Positions 46,954-60,915 of a stretch of 64,000 bases of DNA are shown here, piece by piece; within the stretch, counting starts at the first letter, position 1, and each line of letters starts with the position of its first letter. The notes under the pieces were generated by a model that made no database searches, had not been told where the DNA came from, and worked only from the letters and a program-made list of their open reading frames with translations. The position numbers and the translations under genes are program-made. This DNA is from Eledone cirrhosa (Eukaryota), in the NCBI GenBank assembly GCA_964016885.1, contig OZ024740.1:134106001-134170000 (forward strand), read 5' to 3'.

Positions 46954-48085
46954 GGGTTGACGGACCCAGCATATTAATCAATGCCAGTAACGGTTGTATC
47001 TCAGCGCATTCAATTGGCAATGTAAGATACATTACCAGAGTATACACATAGTTATTTGCCTCAACACAACACACGTAAAACGGGTGTCTATAAGGTTCCC
47101 AGACTCGAGTTTCTGCAGCACTAATGCAGCAGTAATGTGCACTGCACCATCTGTCTGCATATATTATGCAACAATGCACAATCGGATTATGCGGCTTCAT
47201 CAGCGGGTATCGCCTAATCAATAACCAATCGATCGACATAATCCAAACACCGGCCCGTGCCGGTCATGACTGTTTGTGACAACCGACACGGTAAAGCGAT
47301 TAACTGGCAACCGATAGGACTCTATCTCTCAACTAGCCACTGATTTACAAATTTTACGTGGGGACGGGAAGCTAAAAAGAATCAATCTATTAGTTCCTGT
47401 CAGAAGCCCTCAGCCAACGTGTCTCACACACAAATTATCAAGGGGTGAAAAGAAGGCTATTAGAAATAGCAGTTCACCTTGATATAAAATAGAATGGTAG
47501 CATTCGGTTCATGTCTCCAAGCCCCATGGCTAGAGGAAGGCGATGGTAACAATGGTAGTGCCAAGAACCTTTAACGGACATTAAATGCGATCATCCATTA
47601 TATATCAATATAGTAGCGAGCTGAAATGTGTCAGCCACGTGCGTAGATAACCAGTCTAATTCACAACTTAAAAGAGTGAGAGACAAAATTAGTAGCAGGA
47701 AGAGGGGTGCATATCAAAACAAAAACAATAAAAAGTGAAAAATTGTTTAACTTACTCTCAATATTCCGCTAGTTGGGAGATAATAATAATAAGGGTTGAC
47801 GGACCCAGCATATTTATCAATGCCAGTACCGGTTGTATCTCAGCGCATTCAATTGGCAATGTAAGATACATTACCAGAGTATACACATAGTTATTTGCCT
47901 CAACACGACACACGTAAAACGGGTGCCTATAAGGTTCCCGGACTCGAGTTTCTGCAGCACTAATGCAGCAGTAAGGTGCACTGCACCATCTGTCTGCATA
48001 TATTATGCAACAATGCACAATCGGCTTATGCAGCTTCATCAGCGGGTATCGCCTAATCAATAACCAATCGATCGACATAATCCAA
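46954..48085 (-). mobile_element. ORF-less element with two 293-bp HHR-bearing direct repeats (46954-47246, 47793-48085)
   Basis: About 8 differences between the repeats, offset 839 bp, (TA)n at both outer ends. Confidence 0.75.
47935..48048 (-). ncRNA. Type I hammerhead with extended stem II (second copy at 47096-47209)
   Basis: CCCG-CTGATGA-A-[GCTGCAT...GTGCTGC]-A-GAAA-CTCGAG-TC-CGGG; GUC cleavage site. Confidence 0.85.
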
Positions 48086-48474
48086 TATATATATATATAT
48101 ATATGTATGTATTTATGTATGTATGTTTGTATGAATATATGTATATATACGTTCTTATGTTCAAAATGAATTAGTGACTTGATTTTCTCATTTTTTCCTC
48201 TCTTTACGTTGCCTCAACATTCATGTTTGTTTACCTGTCTCTCTTTCTCCACCCAACTCTTTTTATCCCAATAACTTATTTTAGTTACTGCATCGCCCTA
48301 GCCTGAGGAATATGGTCTGTAATGCGAAGAAATACCTATGATGGCTAGTAGACCACTGATGACGGATAATCCTGGCTTCTATTTCTAATCCTTCATTTTT
48401 ATATATATATATCCTATTATATCCTATTTGCAAGAACACAGCTCGCCATTTTTCATTTATATATATATATATAT

Positions 48475-48535
<61 letters not shown>

Positions 48536-48559
48536 TAGATAGATCGATAGATAGATATG

Positions 48560-50010
48560 TTTCTTTATTAGCCACAGGGGCATAAAAGAAGGGGACAAAT
48601 ACAAAGGGGGGAGTTTACATACAATAAAAACGTGTAAAATATTATCACAAATGTAATTTAAAAGTTAATCGATTTTCCCCAATAGGGGGAGACATTTCAT
48701 ATGGGTAACAGATACCCCCGGAAAAAATGTGCAACCCTCATCTCTAGGAGTACGAAGAGTTTGTACTCCTTTCCTCTCTTCCTCCTTTTCCTCAACTTAC
48801 AGGCTGATATAGAGAGAAGGCCCATTCACTCGGGCCATTCTCGCCAATTTCACCCACCTTTCATAAAACTTGCTGGGGTACAGCACCTCTCTCTCCATCT
48901 TGATTCTTCTTCCAAAATGGTATTTGAAAAAAGAATCAGTTGTTGGCCGGAGAGAAAGGTGTCTGACCTCAGCCCTTTTAACCTCGTCCACCATACAACC
49001 TCTTTCGCCATAGCTATCACACAAAGGAAAACCGCCTCTCCTTCGTTTTTGAAGGAGGGTGGCGGTTTGATTATGACAATGGACTCGGTGGTCAACTGGA
49101 TTGGTCCCACCCGCGACAATAGTCGTTCTACATAGCCCCACAGGTCGGTAACGCCCGGGCAGTGCACAAATGCGTGCGCGACGGTTTCCTCGTCGCGCAC
49201 GCATCTCGAACAGATCTTTTTCGAAGGGTCCCATCCCGGGCGCCCGTGTCTGTAGAGCTTATCTCGAACTAGTAGAGCTCCTCGGTACTACTGCCAGGCC
49301 AGGTACTTTGGGAAGTTGTCCATCGGTCCCGGGCGAAAGGTTCTACCGAACAGACTGGCCAGTTCGTCTTCCTCTACGCCTAGAGTTTCCCCGAGAGCGT
49401 CGTCGCACTTGCTGCGGACCAACCCTCTATAGAATGACGAAGTGGAGTCTCCACTGAACGCCGGGTCCGCCTGCCAGAGGGCTGTGAGCCCCTGAGCACA
49501 TTCGATGTGCCAGTCGCCCATTTTCCTCGGTCTTTGCTTGACCCAGGACTGCAGCTCGGTCAGCGAGACGAGTAGTGGGAATGCTCGCCTCACGAGCGGG
49601 GCCCACACTGGTTGTCCGGTGAGGAATACGTGGAGGTGCCGCAGCCTGAGCGCGTGTTTGCGCATCGTCAGCCACGGCATCGTCAGCCCTCCGTTTGAAG
49701 GGTGTTGGCAGCAGATGGATCTTTTCACCAAAGGAGCCCACCTCTTCCAAAGGAATTGGAAGAGCACGTGCTCCATTTTGGTGAGCGTTTTGGCTGGACA
49801 AGCACGACGGTCAAGCGGTGTTAGATGGCGGATGCTATAAAAGTGTTCGCCACCTCCGCTCGACCTTTCAAGGATAGTTTGCACTCGGCCCACTTCTGAG
49901 TGAGTGCAAACACTTTGGCCGTCACCTCGTTCCAGTTCTTCTCCACCTGGAGGTCCGGACCAAACCAGACCCCGAGCAGCTTTACCAGTCCTTCCGTCCA
50001 GCGTTCTACG
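48560..50010 (-). mobile_element. 5'-truncated L1/Tx1-like LINE (end of RT, CCHC knuckle, 3' UTR)
   Basis: KLLGVWF, FQFLW....V.R..C......GGL, CEMRDEETVAHAFVHCP. GC-rich; flanked by GATAGATAGATATGT on both sides. Confidence 0.85.
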
Positions 50011-50228
50011 AAGATAGATAGATAGATATGTGTAATTATATAAGTAACAAATAGTTTATCGCTTCACATGGCTCAATACAATAAATTCAATTTGAGATTT
50101 TCGAATATTAATAATAATTTTCGTGTCTGGTGGTCTAATATATATATATAAATTTAAGTATGCATACTTATACACACACTCACACACACACGCACATATA
50201 TATATATATATATATGAAAAAACGTCAC

Positions 50229-50310
<82 letters not shown>

Positions 50311-50518
50311 GTGACGTTTTTTTACAAAATGAAAAAAAAAACACCTGTCCTACACGAGTGAAAGAATAAGGAAAAAAGATGAAATCGAAAATGCAACTGG
50401 AGTCTTTTTTTATATAAATATATATTTATTTGGTTCCTTTACCGGTTTCGCAGTTCTGCTTTTCAAAAGTAGAATTGAGATGGAGAGTTTGTGGTTTTTC
50501 TCACATCTCTATATATCT

Positions 50519-50573
<55 letters not shown>

Positions 50574-50938
50574 GCATATATACATATACATATGTGCGTA
50601 TGGGTTATATCGGATATTAATCGATTCTTTTGTAAACAAAGGTTAAAGCTGTGCCATTCCGATGACAAATCGTCATCCGTTTGTTCAATACTGGCATTGA
50701 GGAACAATCAACATGTTCTGGGTCATTCATACCTCTGCCAATCGAATGAACAGGTGAAAATATTTAGTATTTCCTTGAGAACACATAAACTAAGCAGTAT
50801 CATTTGCATACCGAGCGAGTTACGACTGGCCTTGCCGAAAACTATAAATGAAATTAGAATTTATTTCTCGCCCTAGCACACCTGATATATAATTGTAAGT
50901 ATGTATACGTACTCACATATGCACATACACACACACAT

Positions 50939-50969
<31 letters not shown>

Positions 50970-51264
50970 CATATGTACGAATGGGTTATATCGATTATTA
51001 ACAATAATATTCGATTCGTTTGTAACCAAACGGCTCGATGAAAGCTTTGCCGTGCCGATGAACGGTTGAAAATATATAGTATGTTCTTTTTATCCAAAAT
51101 CTCTGAAGAAGTGACAACTGATTATACATTTGCTTTCGAATACTTGCTAACATTATATGATTACGCAAGCAGCGATACATAGGTATTCCGTCTGTTACAG
51201 AAACATATGTCAATACCTAATAAATTCCTTTTTAAAAAAAGCACTTTCATTTTATATTCATCTT

Positions 51265-51346
<82 letters not shown>

Positions 51347-51420
51347 GTTATTCCGGGCTGAATCGGAGGTAACCACAGTAAGTAAGGTACTCAATACATA
51401 GCAGAGTATAAAAGTTTCAG

Positions 51421-51521
51421 TATAGATCAGATTCTACAGGGCTAGAACTGTTTCATTCATTAGAAATCATCAGGATGATGATTTCTAATGAATGAAACAG
51501 TTCTAGTCCTGTAGAATCTGA

Positions 51522-51526
<5 letters not shown>
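51421..51526. repeat. About 50-bp-arm hairpin (fold-back) containing an HHR-like core
   Basis: ATAGATCAGATTCTACAGG..AGAAATCATCA / TGATGATTTCT..CCTGTAGAATCTGATCTAT. Confidence 0.85.
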
Positions 51527-51579
<53 letters not shown>

Positions 51580-51595
51580 TATATAGAGAGAGAGT

Positions 51596-51653
<58 letters not shown>

Positions 51654-51669
51654 TATAGAGAGAGAGAGT

Positions 51670-51803
<134 letters not shown>

Positions 51804-52500
51804 TAATGAGAGAGGGAGAAAAGTCCAAAGGTAGGTCAATCTGAGGTAATATTATATTGCGAATATGAATTGGCAATGGCGGCTTTTGATGATCTCTTGA
51901 ATATATCGTTTAGCAAAACACGTCTAGTGAATATACCCATCTTGCAGAAGTGTAATGCTCTAAATAGATGTATGTGTGTATGTGTGTATGTGTGTGTGTT
52001 TTGTGTTTGTTTGTATTCGTGTTTGTTTTGGGACTCTGGAGTTCCACCTGTGTACTCAAAGGATCATCAGACAAGATGTGAATACACAGGCGAAACTCCA
52101 GAGTAACAGAACCCATAATAAATAAGTGTTTCTTCTTTTGGCACAAGGCCACCAATTATCCCAGTGCATTACTGGTACTTTATTTTATCGACCCCGTAAG
52201 CATGAAAGGCAAATTAGTCATAATAAAGTACTGATTTGGGTAACCGTCAACATCACACGGATAAATGTATATATATGAATATGTATAGAAATATTTTAGA
52301 TGCTGTGTGTGTATGTGTGTGTGTGTGTATTTAGCTCACACGTACAATGCGTGTATATTATATATGTATATATATGTGCATATACATATATATACATATA
52401 TAAGTTGAAACAGAAAACAAAAACGATAACGAAGAGTGCAGTACAAAGTGTTAGTATTAGATTCACGATTGAGAGTCGTATATATATATATATATATATA

Positions 52501-52550
<50 letters not shown>

Positions 52551-52593
52551 CGAAACATAAGTCAATTGCATGAACTCATAATCCTTTATTTAC

Positions 52594-52645
52594 TGCTATA
52601 TATATTTCGATGATAGCCATTGAGTGGCTATCACCTCATCAGGCA
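52594..52645 (-). ncRNA. Type I hammerhead, canonical core
   Basis: TGC-CTGATGA-GGTGATAGCCA ctcaa TGGCTATCATC-GAAA-TATATA-TA-GCA. 11-bp stem II, only 3-bp stem I. Confidence 0.75.
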
Positions 52646-55303
52646 TCCCATCCTTCGCCGACGGCCTAACCATGCACATGTTGCCAGTAACGCTAAAGAG
52701 CGACTTGAAATACATACATACACACTTACATACATACATGTTTTTATTGTCCTCAGATAAATACATTGGCAGATATCTCCTGCTTTACCATTGATCCACT
52801 AGGTAGGGAGGAAGATATGAAATTATCATTTCCTCGTCAAAGTTAGCACAAAATGATGTGATAGAGTGATATCCATGAAAAAATATGTATCTGTGTGTTT
52901 ATGTGTATGTTTATTTATTCCTCTGCTCCCAGTAAAGCAATATTTGAAGTTTATTTTCAATGTAGAATTTCCACAATTTCAGATTTGTTGTCGAGTGTCG
53001 CAGCTTTCTGAGGGTTTTGAATTCATAGATGTTTTAATGCTTTCATCAGATCAACACATCTGATTTTAACTCTCATGTCCTTGTCCAACCATTCATTCTA
53101 AATTTGTATTACAACATTGCCGACATCGAAGCCATATCAATTACAATGCTAGGCAAGATACTTTCAATACCGGCCAACAAATAATCTCTTATATGATCAC
53201 AGACGTCTGAGTCACCACTATATATGTTAATATTTTTCAAAGAAAAATATATATTATGTGCGTTTCTTTACATATGTCTGAGTGTTGTCCGCATACTTAT
53301 ATATGTGTGTTGATATTGGGAGTACAAATGAAAGCATACAAACTTCTTCGGACATAAAGATGAAAAAATATTTCTAAACTAAGGAGAAATATGGACGTGG
53401 GAATGTTTCTGCCTGTATAAGAATATTTGTGTTCTGTGTTTATTTATGTGTCTCTGTGCGTATGTTTTATCCTTTTTGGTTCGAATTTCTTCATGAAATT
53501 TCAAGAATTATAAAGCATATTCTCAGAATTCAATCATAAGAGTTCAAACACAATCATAAGAGCGTGAAATAAACTGTTCGATAGCCATATTGTTTCTCTG
53601 TTGCATTATTTCATTGAAAACGAAAACAAAGAATCAACATTTATCATTTAATTTGAACATTTCTAAAAGGAATAGATGACATTTTCGAGATTCTGATTCA
53701 TTCAATAAATATTTGAGGTTGCTTATTTCTGTTATTCTTTTCTTTATTTTATTATGTGGAGTTTTCGCATTAATTTTCTTTTATCTTCTCACATATCTGG
53801 TTATTTTGCTCAATTTCGCTTTCCTTGTTTATGTAATCTCTTCCTACAAAATCCCCATGGAATGTCTTCTTTTCCTGCTTTCTTCCGCTCGTTTTTTTTT
53901 CGTTATCCATGTTTACTTCACTTCACTACATTGTTATTTTTTATTCCAAATATTTTTATCTTATTTACCATTTATTTATTTCATTCTTTCTTTCCCAATC
54001 TCTAAGAATTTACTGCAATAGCTCATATCAGTTCGCCTGCCTGTGTCACCACGGCAAGCATCTTTCTTAAACACGAAGAAATAAACTTGGCAAATCCTCA
54101 TTACATGCTGTCATTTTTACAGATAGAGCGCTGGGAATAACTCGCCCTGTCCACCAGAAGATCCAACTTGCTTCGACATGGACGCCATCACATTCTTATT
54201 TGCCTGTCAGTTTTCAGTAGTAAGATGGGATTTCAATAGCGTAAACTGCGGCATGCTGAAGTTGATATGATCGAGTTTTTTTCTGCCCTGAGAATTCTGT
54301 ATTTCAGATCGAATTTTACCAATCATTCGTATTGTCACTTGTTTATTCTTATTTTGTTTTAAAAGTTTTATTTTGACTCTTTACACGACACAGATAGACA
54401 AAAAGATCGATAGGTATATATTAACTATGTATAGAGATATAGAGTACATGTGTGTGTGAGAGAGAGAGAGAGAAAGATACACGGAGGGAGAAAATGTATT
54501 TGTGTGTGTGTGTTTGAAGAAGAGGAGTTCACACTGTCAAATTTAAATGAGTTTTATGTATTGAACAGGTAAAATTTTGTTTCTGAAAATCCAATACCCA
54601 AATATCATCCAATTACACAGCCATATATACACATAGACACATATTTCCATCTCCACATACACACACTCATAGATACACGAAGACCAATACTGATGCACAT
54701 ATAGGTCTTTCTAAAAAAATACAAAGGGACACTTTATGAATATGTGTGTGTGCCTGTGTGTGCACATGGGCATGTGTGGTTAACTGTTAAGAATAGCATC
54801 ATATCAGACCATCTCTGTACGTGAGAGTAAACTACTTCTGTTTGAATGTGAGTATCCCCTATCGTAGCAGCAGTAAAAATAGATGTTCCAAAGCTGAGTT
54901 CGCTTGACTTATATCGGAGTTATTTCCGTCTTCGTTTTTGTTTTCTATGTACTCTTCGGTGATTTCGGTTCGGATCTTCATATGCTGTTTCTATCGTGTT
55001 ATGTCATTGTCAAATGCCTTCGAAGAAGTTAAACTGATGTTACAAACTTTTACATAACTGATTTGAATGACATTCACCACTACCCACTCCATAACTGATT
55101 TTGAAAAGGAAAGATAACCTTCGATAGATAAGTGAACAAGTAAGCGTCTCTACAGGTTCACAACCTATTAGAAATAGCTGCACAATTTCCCTTAATCAAT
55201 CTTATGTACACTATGCTTTTAAAAAAGGACAAACATTTCACAATGGTGATGCATTTGTTTACATGCTGGCTCGATCAAAGTTAACATGTTTTAAACAAAA
55301 CAA

Positions 55304-56070
55304 TCTATATATATAAAACTGTGGTTGTCTGTCTGTCTATCGATTTTTGGCACACATCTCCTCTTAGAATCTCTCACGGAATTGCACCGAAATTGCGATA
55401 CTTGTACATTGAGCCCTAGCGAAGACATCGGAAAAAAAAATTTCAAATTGACCCACCCTATGTGACGAAATCGAATATAATGTATCGATTTTTTAGCGTA
55501 AGTTATCAGTTATTTCCCTTTGTTCTGTTTACATTGAGCGTCTTACGTAAAAAATTACGCTGGCTTTCTCAGCGTTTAAAATGACATTAACACAATACGT
55601 TCGAACACTAAGCTTCCGTTTTGCTTCATTTCCATTTTAAAGCATTTTAAAACAATATTTTTACTTGAAAACAAGTCTATTTAAAGACTACGTAAAACAA
55701 GCAAATATTTCAGGCGTGCAGACAGACAGTCGTGCAGAGAGATGATATAGGCGTGCAGACAGACATAACTGATAATTTGGTTACGCTAATGTTTTTCTCT
55801 GCGTTGCAGTGTTTACATTTTCGATCTTTGTTAATAAATAACCAGTGCAGTTTTTATCCCCAGCATCCTCTTTTGTTATAACATTCGGGTTATCGTTATG
55901 TTTTCTTAACTTCATAAGGCATATTGTTGGTTGAGGGAATATTAATCAAAAACACCACATGCAAGTCTGCACAGTAGACATTACAGTTTTTAAGCCAAAA
56001 AAGAAACTTAACATTGTAACTTTAACACAGCTACTGAGCGACCCCGAGCAACGCCGGGCTTTACTGCTAG
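55304..56070 (+). mobile_element. Complete non-autonomous Helitron (767 bp)
   Basis: 5' TC(TATATATATAAAAC), (TGTC)n, 3' hairpin CCCGAGCAACGCCGGG followed by CTAG; inserted between A and T. Confidence 0.88.
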
Positions 56071-56075
56071 TAACT

Positions 56076-56290
56076 ATTATTTGGATGTGAGCGGTGAATT
56101 GGCAGTATCGGTAGAGGGTTGGACGCCATGCTTTCTAGCATAGTTACGTCCCTTTACAGTCTGAGTTCAAATCCCGCCGAGGTTAACTTTGCCTTTCATC
56201 CTTACGGGGTCGATAAAATAAAGTACCAGTAATGTACTGGGTAATTGCTGGCCTTGTGCCTAAAGTAGAAACAATTATTTGGATGTGAGC
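56076..56290 (+). mobile_element. tRNA-derived SINE (family 1, OK-like) with about 17-bp TSD
   Basis: A box TGGCAGTATCGG, B box GAGTTCAAATCCC, GCCTTTCATCC..GGGGTCGATAAA body; TSD ATTATTTGGATGTGAGC. Confidence 0.9.
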
Positions 56291-56804
56291 CAACGGAGGA
56301 GCTCAGCGTTGGCTACTTGATCAGCTAAAAGTATCAGCCAGATCTCCCTCAAATCACATACATAAATCATTAAAATGGACGAACACTTTACATAACTTAA
56401 TCCTAAATGGTCAGTACATTCAAAGGGAATGGTGAGATGGTCACAGATTGAACTTATTTGATCAACGGTTTGCTTGAGGATTAATGAAGATTTAGGTTTA
56501 AATTAAAAGAGCAAACTTAAACAAAGACCATCTACACTGTTTGTAACACGTAGTGTTTTAATACTTGGCTGTTTCATTGACTTAATTTTAATATTAAATC
56601 TTGTAATCTTCCACATAATTTGCAATCGATTTCAGGTGGAAAATTGGACATAAATTGTGGAAGATTCTACAGGTGTAGAAAAAGCTTTTAAATTCTTATA
56701 TTTCTTTACTCGTTCCAGGGATTTAATCGATTACATCTTAGCACTTTGTGTCCTGTGTAATTCACGTCGTAATCGTTAGATACGAAATGCAAATTCATGT
56801 AAAG

Positions 56805-57556
56805 AAGTAGTTCCCAACCTTTTTTGCCCCATACCCCACCTCAGCATGTAAAAATTATTTAAGCCCCATTTAATATAAAAACAAACTGAGTTTTTTAAAA
56901 ATGTAATTACTGCAATATAACGTAGACATTTTTTAATTAAACAAAGCTAAAAAGTAGGCAAACAATTTTTTCTTCCAATTCAAGTTCATCGTAACACGCC
57001 GAGCTCAAGTTAAAATAATTATTTCTACTTTTGGCACAAGGCCAACAATTAACCAGTACATTACTGGTACTTTATTTTATTGACCCCGTAAGGATGAAAG
57101 GCAAAGTTAACCTTAGAGAGATTTGAACTCAGATCATAAAGCATGTCCGACCCTCTACCGATACTGCCAATTCACCTCCCTAGTTAAAATAATTGTTTCT
57201 ACTTTTGGCACAAGGCCAGCAATTACCCTGTGCATTACTGGTACTTTATTTTATCGCCCCCGTAATGATGAAAGGCAACGTTAACCTCGGCGGGATATGA
57301 GCTCAGAATGGCAAGGGCCGTAACTGTATGCGTCAAAGCATGGCGTCCGACCCTCTACGGATACTGCCAATCCACCTCCGTAGTTAAAATAATGAAAGTT
57401 AGTCATTTAGTGAGATCTTTGAGCTTGATGTATGCTTAAAAGTGTTACAGTGATGAACAAAATCAACTCCAAAGTGTAAATAAACAGGTTTGGTCGTATT
57501 ATATCACTTTCAAATTGCCCCTCTGTGGGGCGTGCGCCCTATATTGGGAATCACTG
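56805..57556. mobile_element. hAT/Charlie-like MITE interrupted by SINEs
   Basis: Imperfect TIRs AAGTAGTTCCCAA / TTGGGAATCACTG; 8-bp flanks only partly similar. Confidence 0.6.
57008..57393 (-). mobile_element. Head-to-tail dimer of family 1 SINE
   Basis: Two copies with AGTTAAAATAAT at about 57008, 57182 and 57382. Confidence 0.88.
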
Positions 57557-57614
57557 GCGTTAAGGGAAGTGATTTAATCGGGTCTTAACACATACATACA
57601 AACATGAAATAGGT

Positions 57615-57686
<72 letters not shown>

Positions 57687-58137
57687 CTAATTACTATGGA
57701 ATTTATTTGTGAGAGTTGCGTTGGGCTTACGCAAATATTGAAGTGTTTGCCTGCTGCATATCAACTTACCCTGTATATATATATATATATATATATATAA
57801 GCCTACGAAATACCAGTCACTGTGTATTGATCCACTCATGACGTTAGAAGATAACCGGAATGTCGCACAATAGGACTGCATCATGGAATACGTGGTTGCG
57901 AAGAGAACTTCTAAAACACACATGCGCACCTGAAATAACTATATACATTGTTTATTTCCTATCGAGACGGATTCGAGAACGGTTTTATGATTTGGCTTGA
58001 AGTGTGTTCCTATTGTTACTGAGAAAGAACATTTAGTTGTACTTTTGTTTGTAGCTAGAAACTATGTTTTCCATATAAGTAAGATGTACTATTTAACCTC
58101 AATTTTCTTTTACTTACATATTCTGATACATCAATGA

Positions 58138-58295
<158 letters not shown>

Positions 58296-58536
58296 ATATG
58301 TGTGTGTGTGTGTGTAAAGGATAAGTATTGATTTATTCGTAAGTACTATTGCAATAAAGTCAACTGTTTAATTGTGATTAGATGCATCCATTAACTGCGA
58401 ACTGTGATTAAATTTATCTATCAACTGAAAAATTGTGATCATGTGTATCCATCAACATGTGACTGTAACGTTAACTTCAAAGCTGATAAAAGTGTGTTGT
58501 GGCGTATATAAAAATCATTAGCAAAGTACGTAAAGC

Positions 58537-58932
<396 letters not shown>

Positions 58933-58935
58933 TAT

Positions 58936-59013
<78 letters not shown>

Positions 59014-59064
59014 GAGAGACGTAAAATAAGAAAATTATAAAATTAACTTACTTACTAAAATTTC

Positions 59065-59146
59065 ACTCCCAACTAATTAGTTTCTGAAATGGAATAAATA
59101 TATTTTCCGAAGAAGATATAGAGAATCATTTCGTCGTCAGGGAAGT
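59065..59146 (-). ncRNA. Type I hammerhead with UUCG-capped 49-nt stem II
   Basis: ACTTCC-CTGACGA-C-GAAATG..TATATCTTC TTCG GAAAATATA..CATTTC-A-GAAA-CTAATTAG-TT-GGGAGT. Confidence 0.88.
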
Positions 59147-59522
59147 CTATTCTCAGCTAAGTTTCTAGGCAAAGCGTGGACTCTGGAAAACTTATACAAA
59201 AATAATTAAGTGGATAGAAAATAGCAAAGCGTGGACTGAATTCCTAGCCATTGAGAAAATCACTGCCTACTGCGCCGGTGGCAAATTCAAAAAGAATCAA
59301 TCACGTGACATCGAGGTTAATCAGTGGAAAGTGGTTTGTTAAGAAGACGGCCTGCCTGCTACCATAGCAGCAGTCTAGGCAAATATTGCTCGACAAATAA
59401 TTTGGAGATAATTATAAAGAATTAATATATCTAGTAACATATATATACAAACTGTTGAGTGTTTTATATCAGTTATAAAAATGTTTAAGCTTGTTAAATC
59501 CCAACAAATTAAATATAACCTC

Positions 59523-59576
<54 letters not shown>

Positions 59577-59879
59577 GGTTTTATTGCTTTTAATTCGAAT
59601 ATGAAATAGAAGATAAAGTAGAAAGATTAATAAATATAAAAAGTGAGGTAGTTAGATATATAGAGTGGTAAAAAAAGAGGTAAGGGAAACAATTTGGTAA
59701 TTAAAATTAGTCTATGAAAATATATATATTCTATGGGAAAATAAAGGGCAGTAAGAGTTGTAGCGTCCATAAAGTGTTCAAAGGGAAAATATTGAAACAT
59801 TTGAAGTGGAGGGTCCATATGGTAGTGAAAATGTGATATCGCTATTCAGTGAGTGGGGTCCATGGTGTTAGAGCTGTTT

Positions 59880-60915
59880 AAATCTGGTAAGTACATTTTG
59901 AAGATGGTGCGCAAAAAACAACATTAATTATTCCAAATCAGTGGAATAATCAATATTGGAAGAATTACAATTCCGCAATAAGTTTACCCAGTTCGATATT
60001 ATCGGTTTTTACCCTTCTAAACCGCTACTAGACAAGGCTCGTACCTTCGGAGCTATCAGTAACCAAGAACACGATCTGATTTACCACGCATGAAAGACGC
60101 TTTTATTAAAAAATGGCACCACTTGGGCAAAACAATCTGACCCAGAAGATTCATTCGATGTCTCGTTGGAGTCATACAACAGTGCGGATATATGTAATCT
60201 TGTTGGATTATACATTCTCCATACGCTTAAACAAACATTCCCCGACCACAACATCGGTGTATACCGCAACGACGGTCTTTCTCTAGCCCACGACCGCAAC
60301 GAACACGATATGGACAAGTTCCGTAAAGACCTGATAAATACCGTTCGCGACCTAGGCCTTAAAATCCCAGTCGACACGAACATCACTCTCGCAAACTTTC
60401 TCGACGACAACCTAGACCTAAAAACAGGCATTTGTAAAACATATCACAAACCGAACGAGAGGCTGAAATATATCAACAAAGGACCATGCCACCCACCTAC
60501 GATTTTTAAAAATCTAGTACCCAACGTTAGCCGTAGAATCTCGAACTTATCATCCAGCAGAGAGATATTTGATAAAGAAGCGCCGTACTATAACAAGGTT
60601 CTCCGAGATATTGGATTTAAAGAACAGAACAAATTCATACCTAATAGTCACCCACCTAGAAATAACAATAAAAAAAGAAAAGCAATCGGGTTCACGCTTC
60701 CTTTCTCACTAAATGTAAAAACTAATATAAATAAGAAATTCTTAGACCTAACAGATAAGCACTTTACCCATCAACATAAATACAGTAACATCTTCATTCA
60801 ATGTTCAGTGAGGATTTCTTATTCATGCGTTCCATCGAAGAAATCGAAAATAGCAGCAAATGACAAACCACATGAACATCCAGGATGCTCTTGTGGGAAG
60901 TAAAACGACTGTCAA
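59880..60915 (+). mobile_element. Decayed Naiad-like PLE RT fragment
   Basis: FTQFDIIGFYPS, FDVSLESYNSADICNLVG, GVYRND, CHPP, APYYN, RISYSC, GCSC. Confidence 0.88.

Noticed and set aside
50590-51065. Two diverged segments beginning ATGGGTTATATCG
   Set aside because: Old local duplication or repeat fragments; no structure or family could be assigned.
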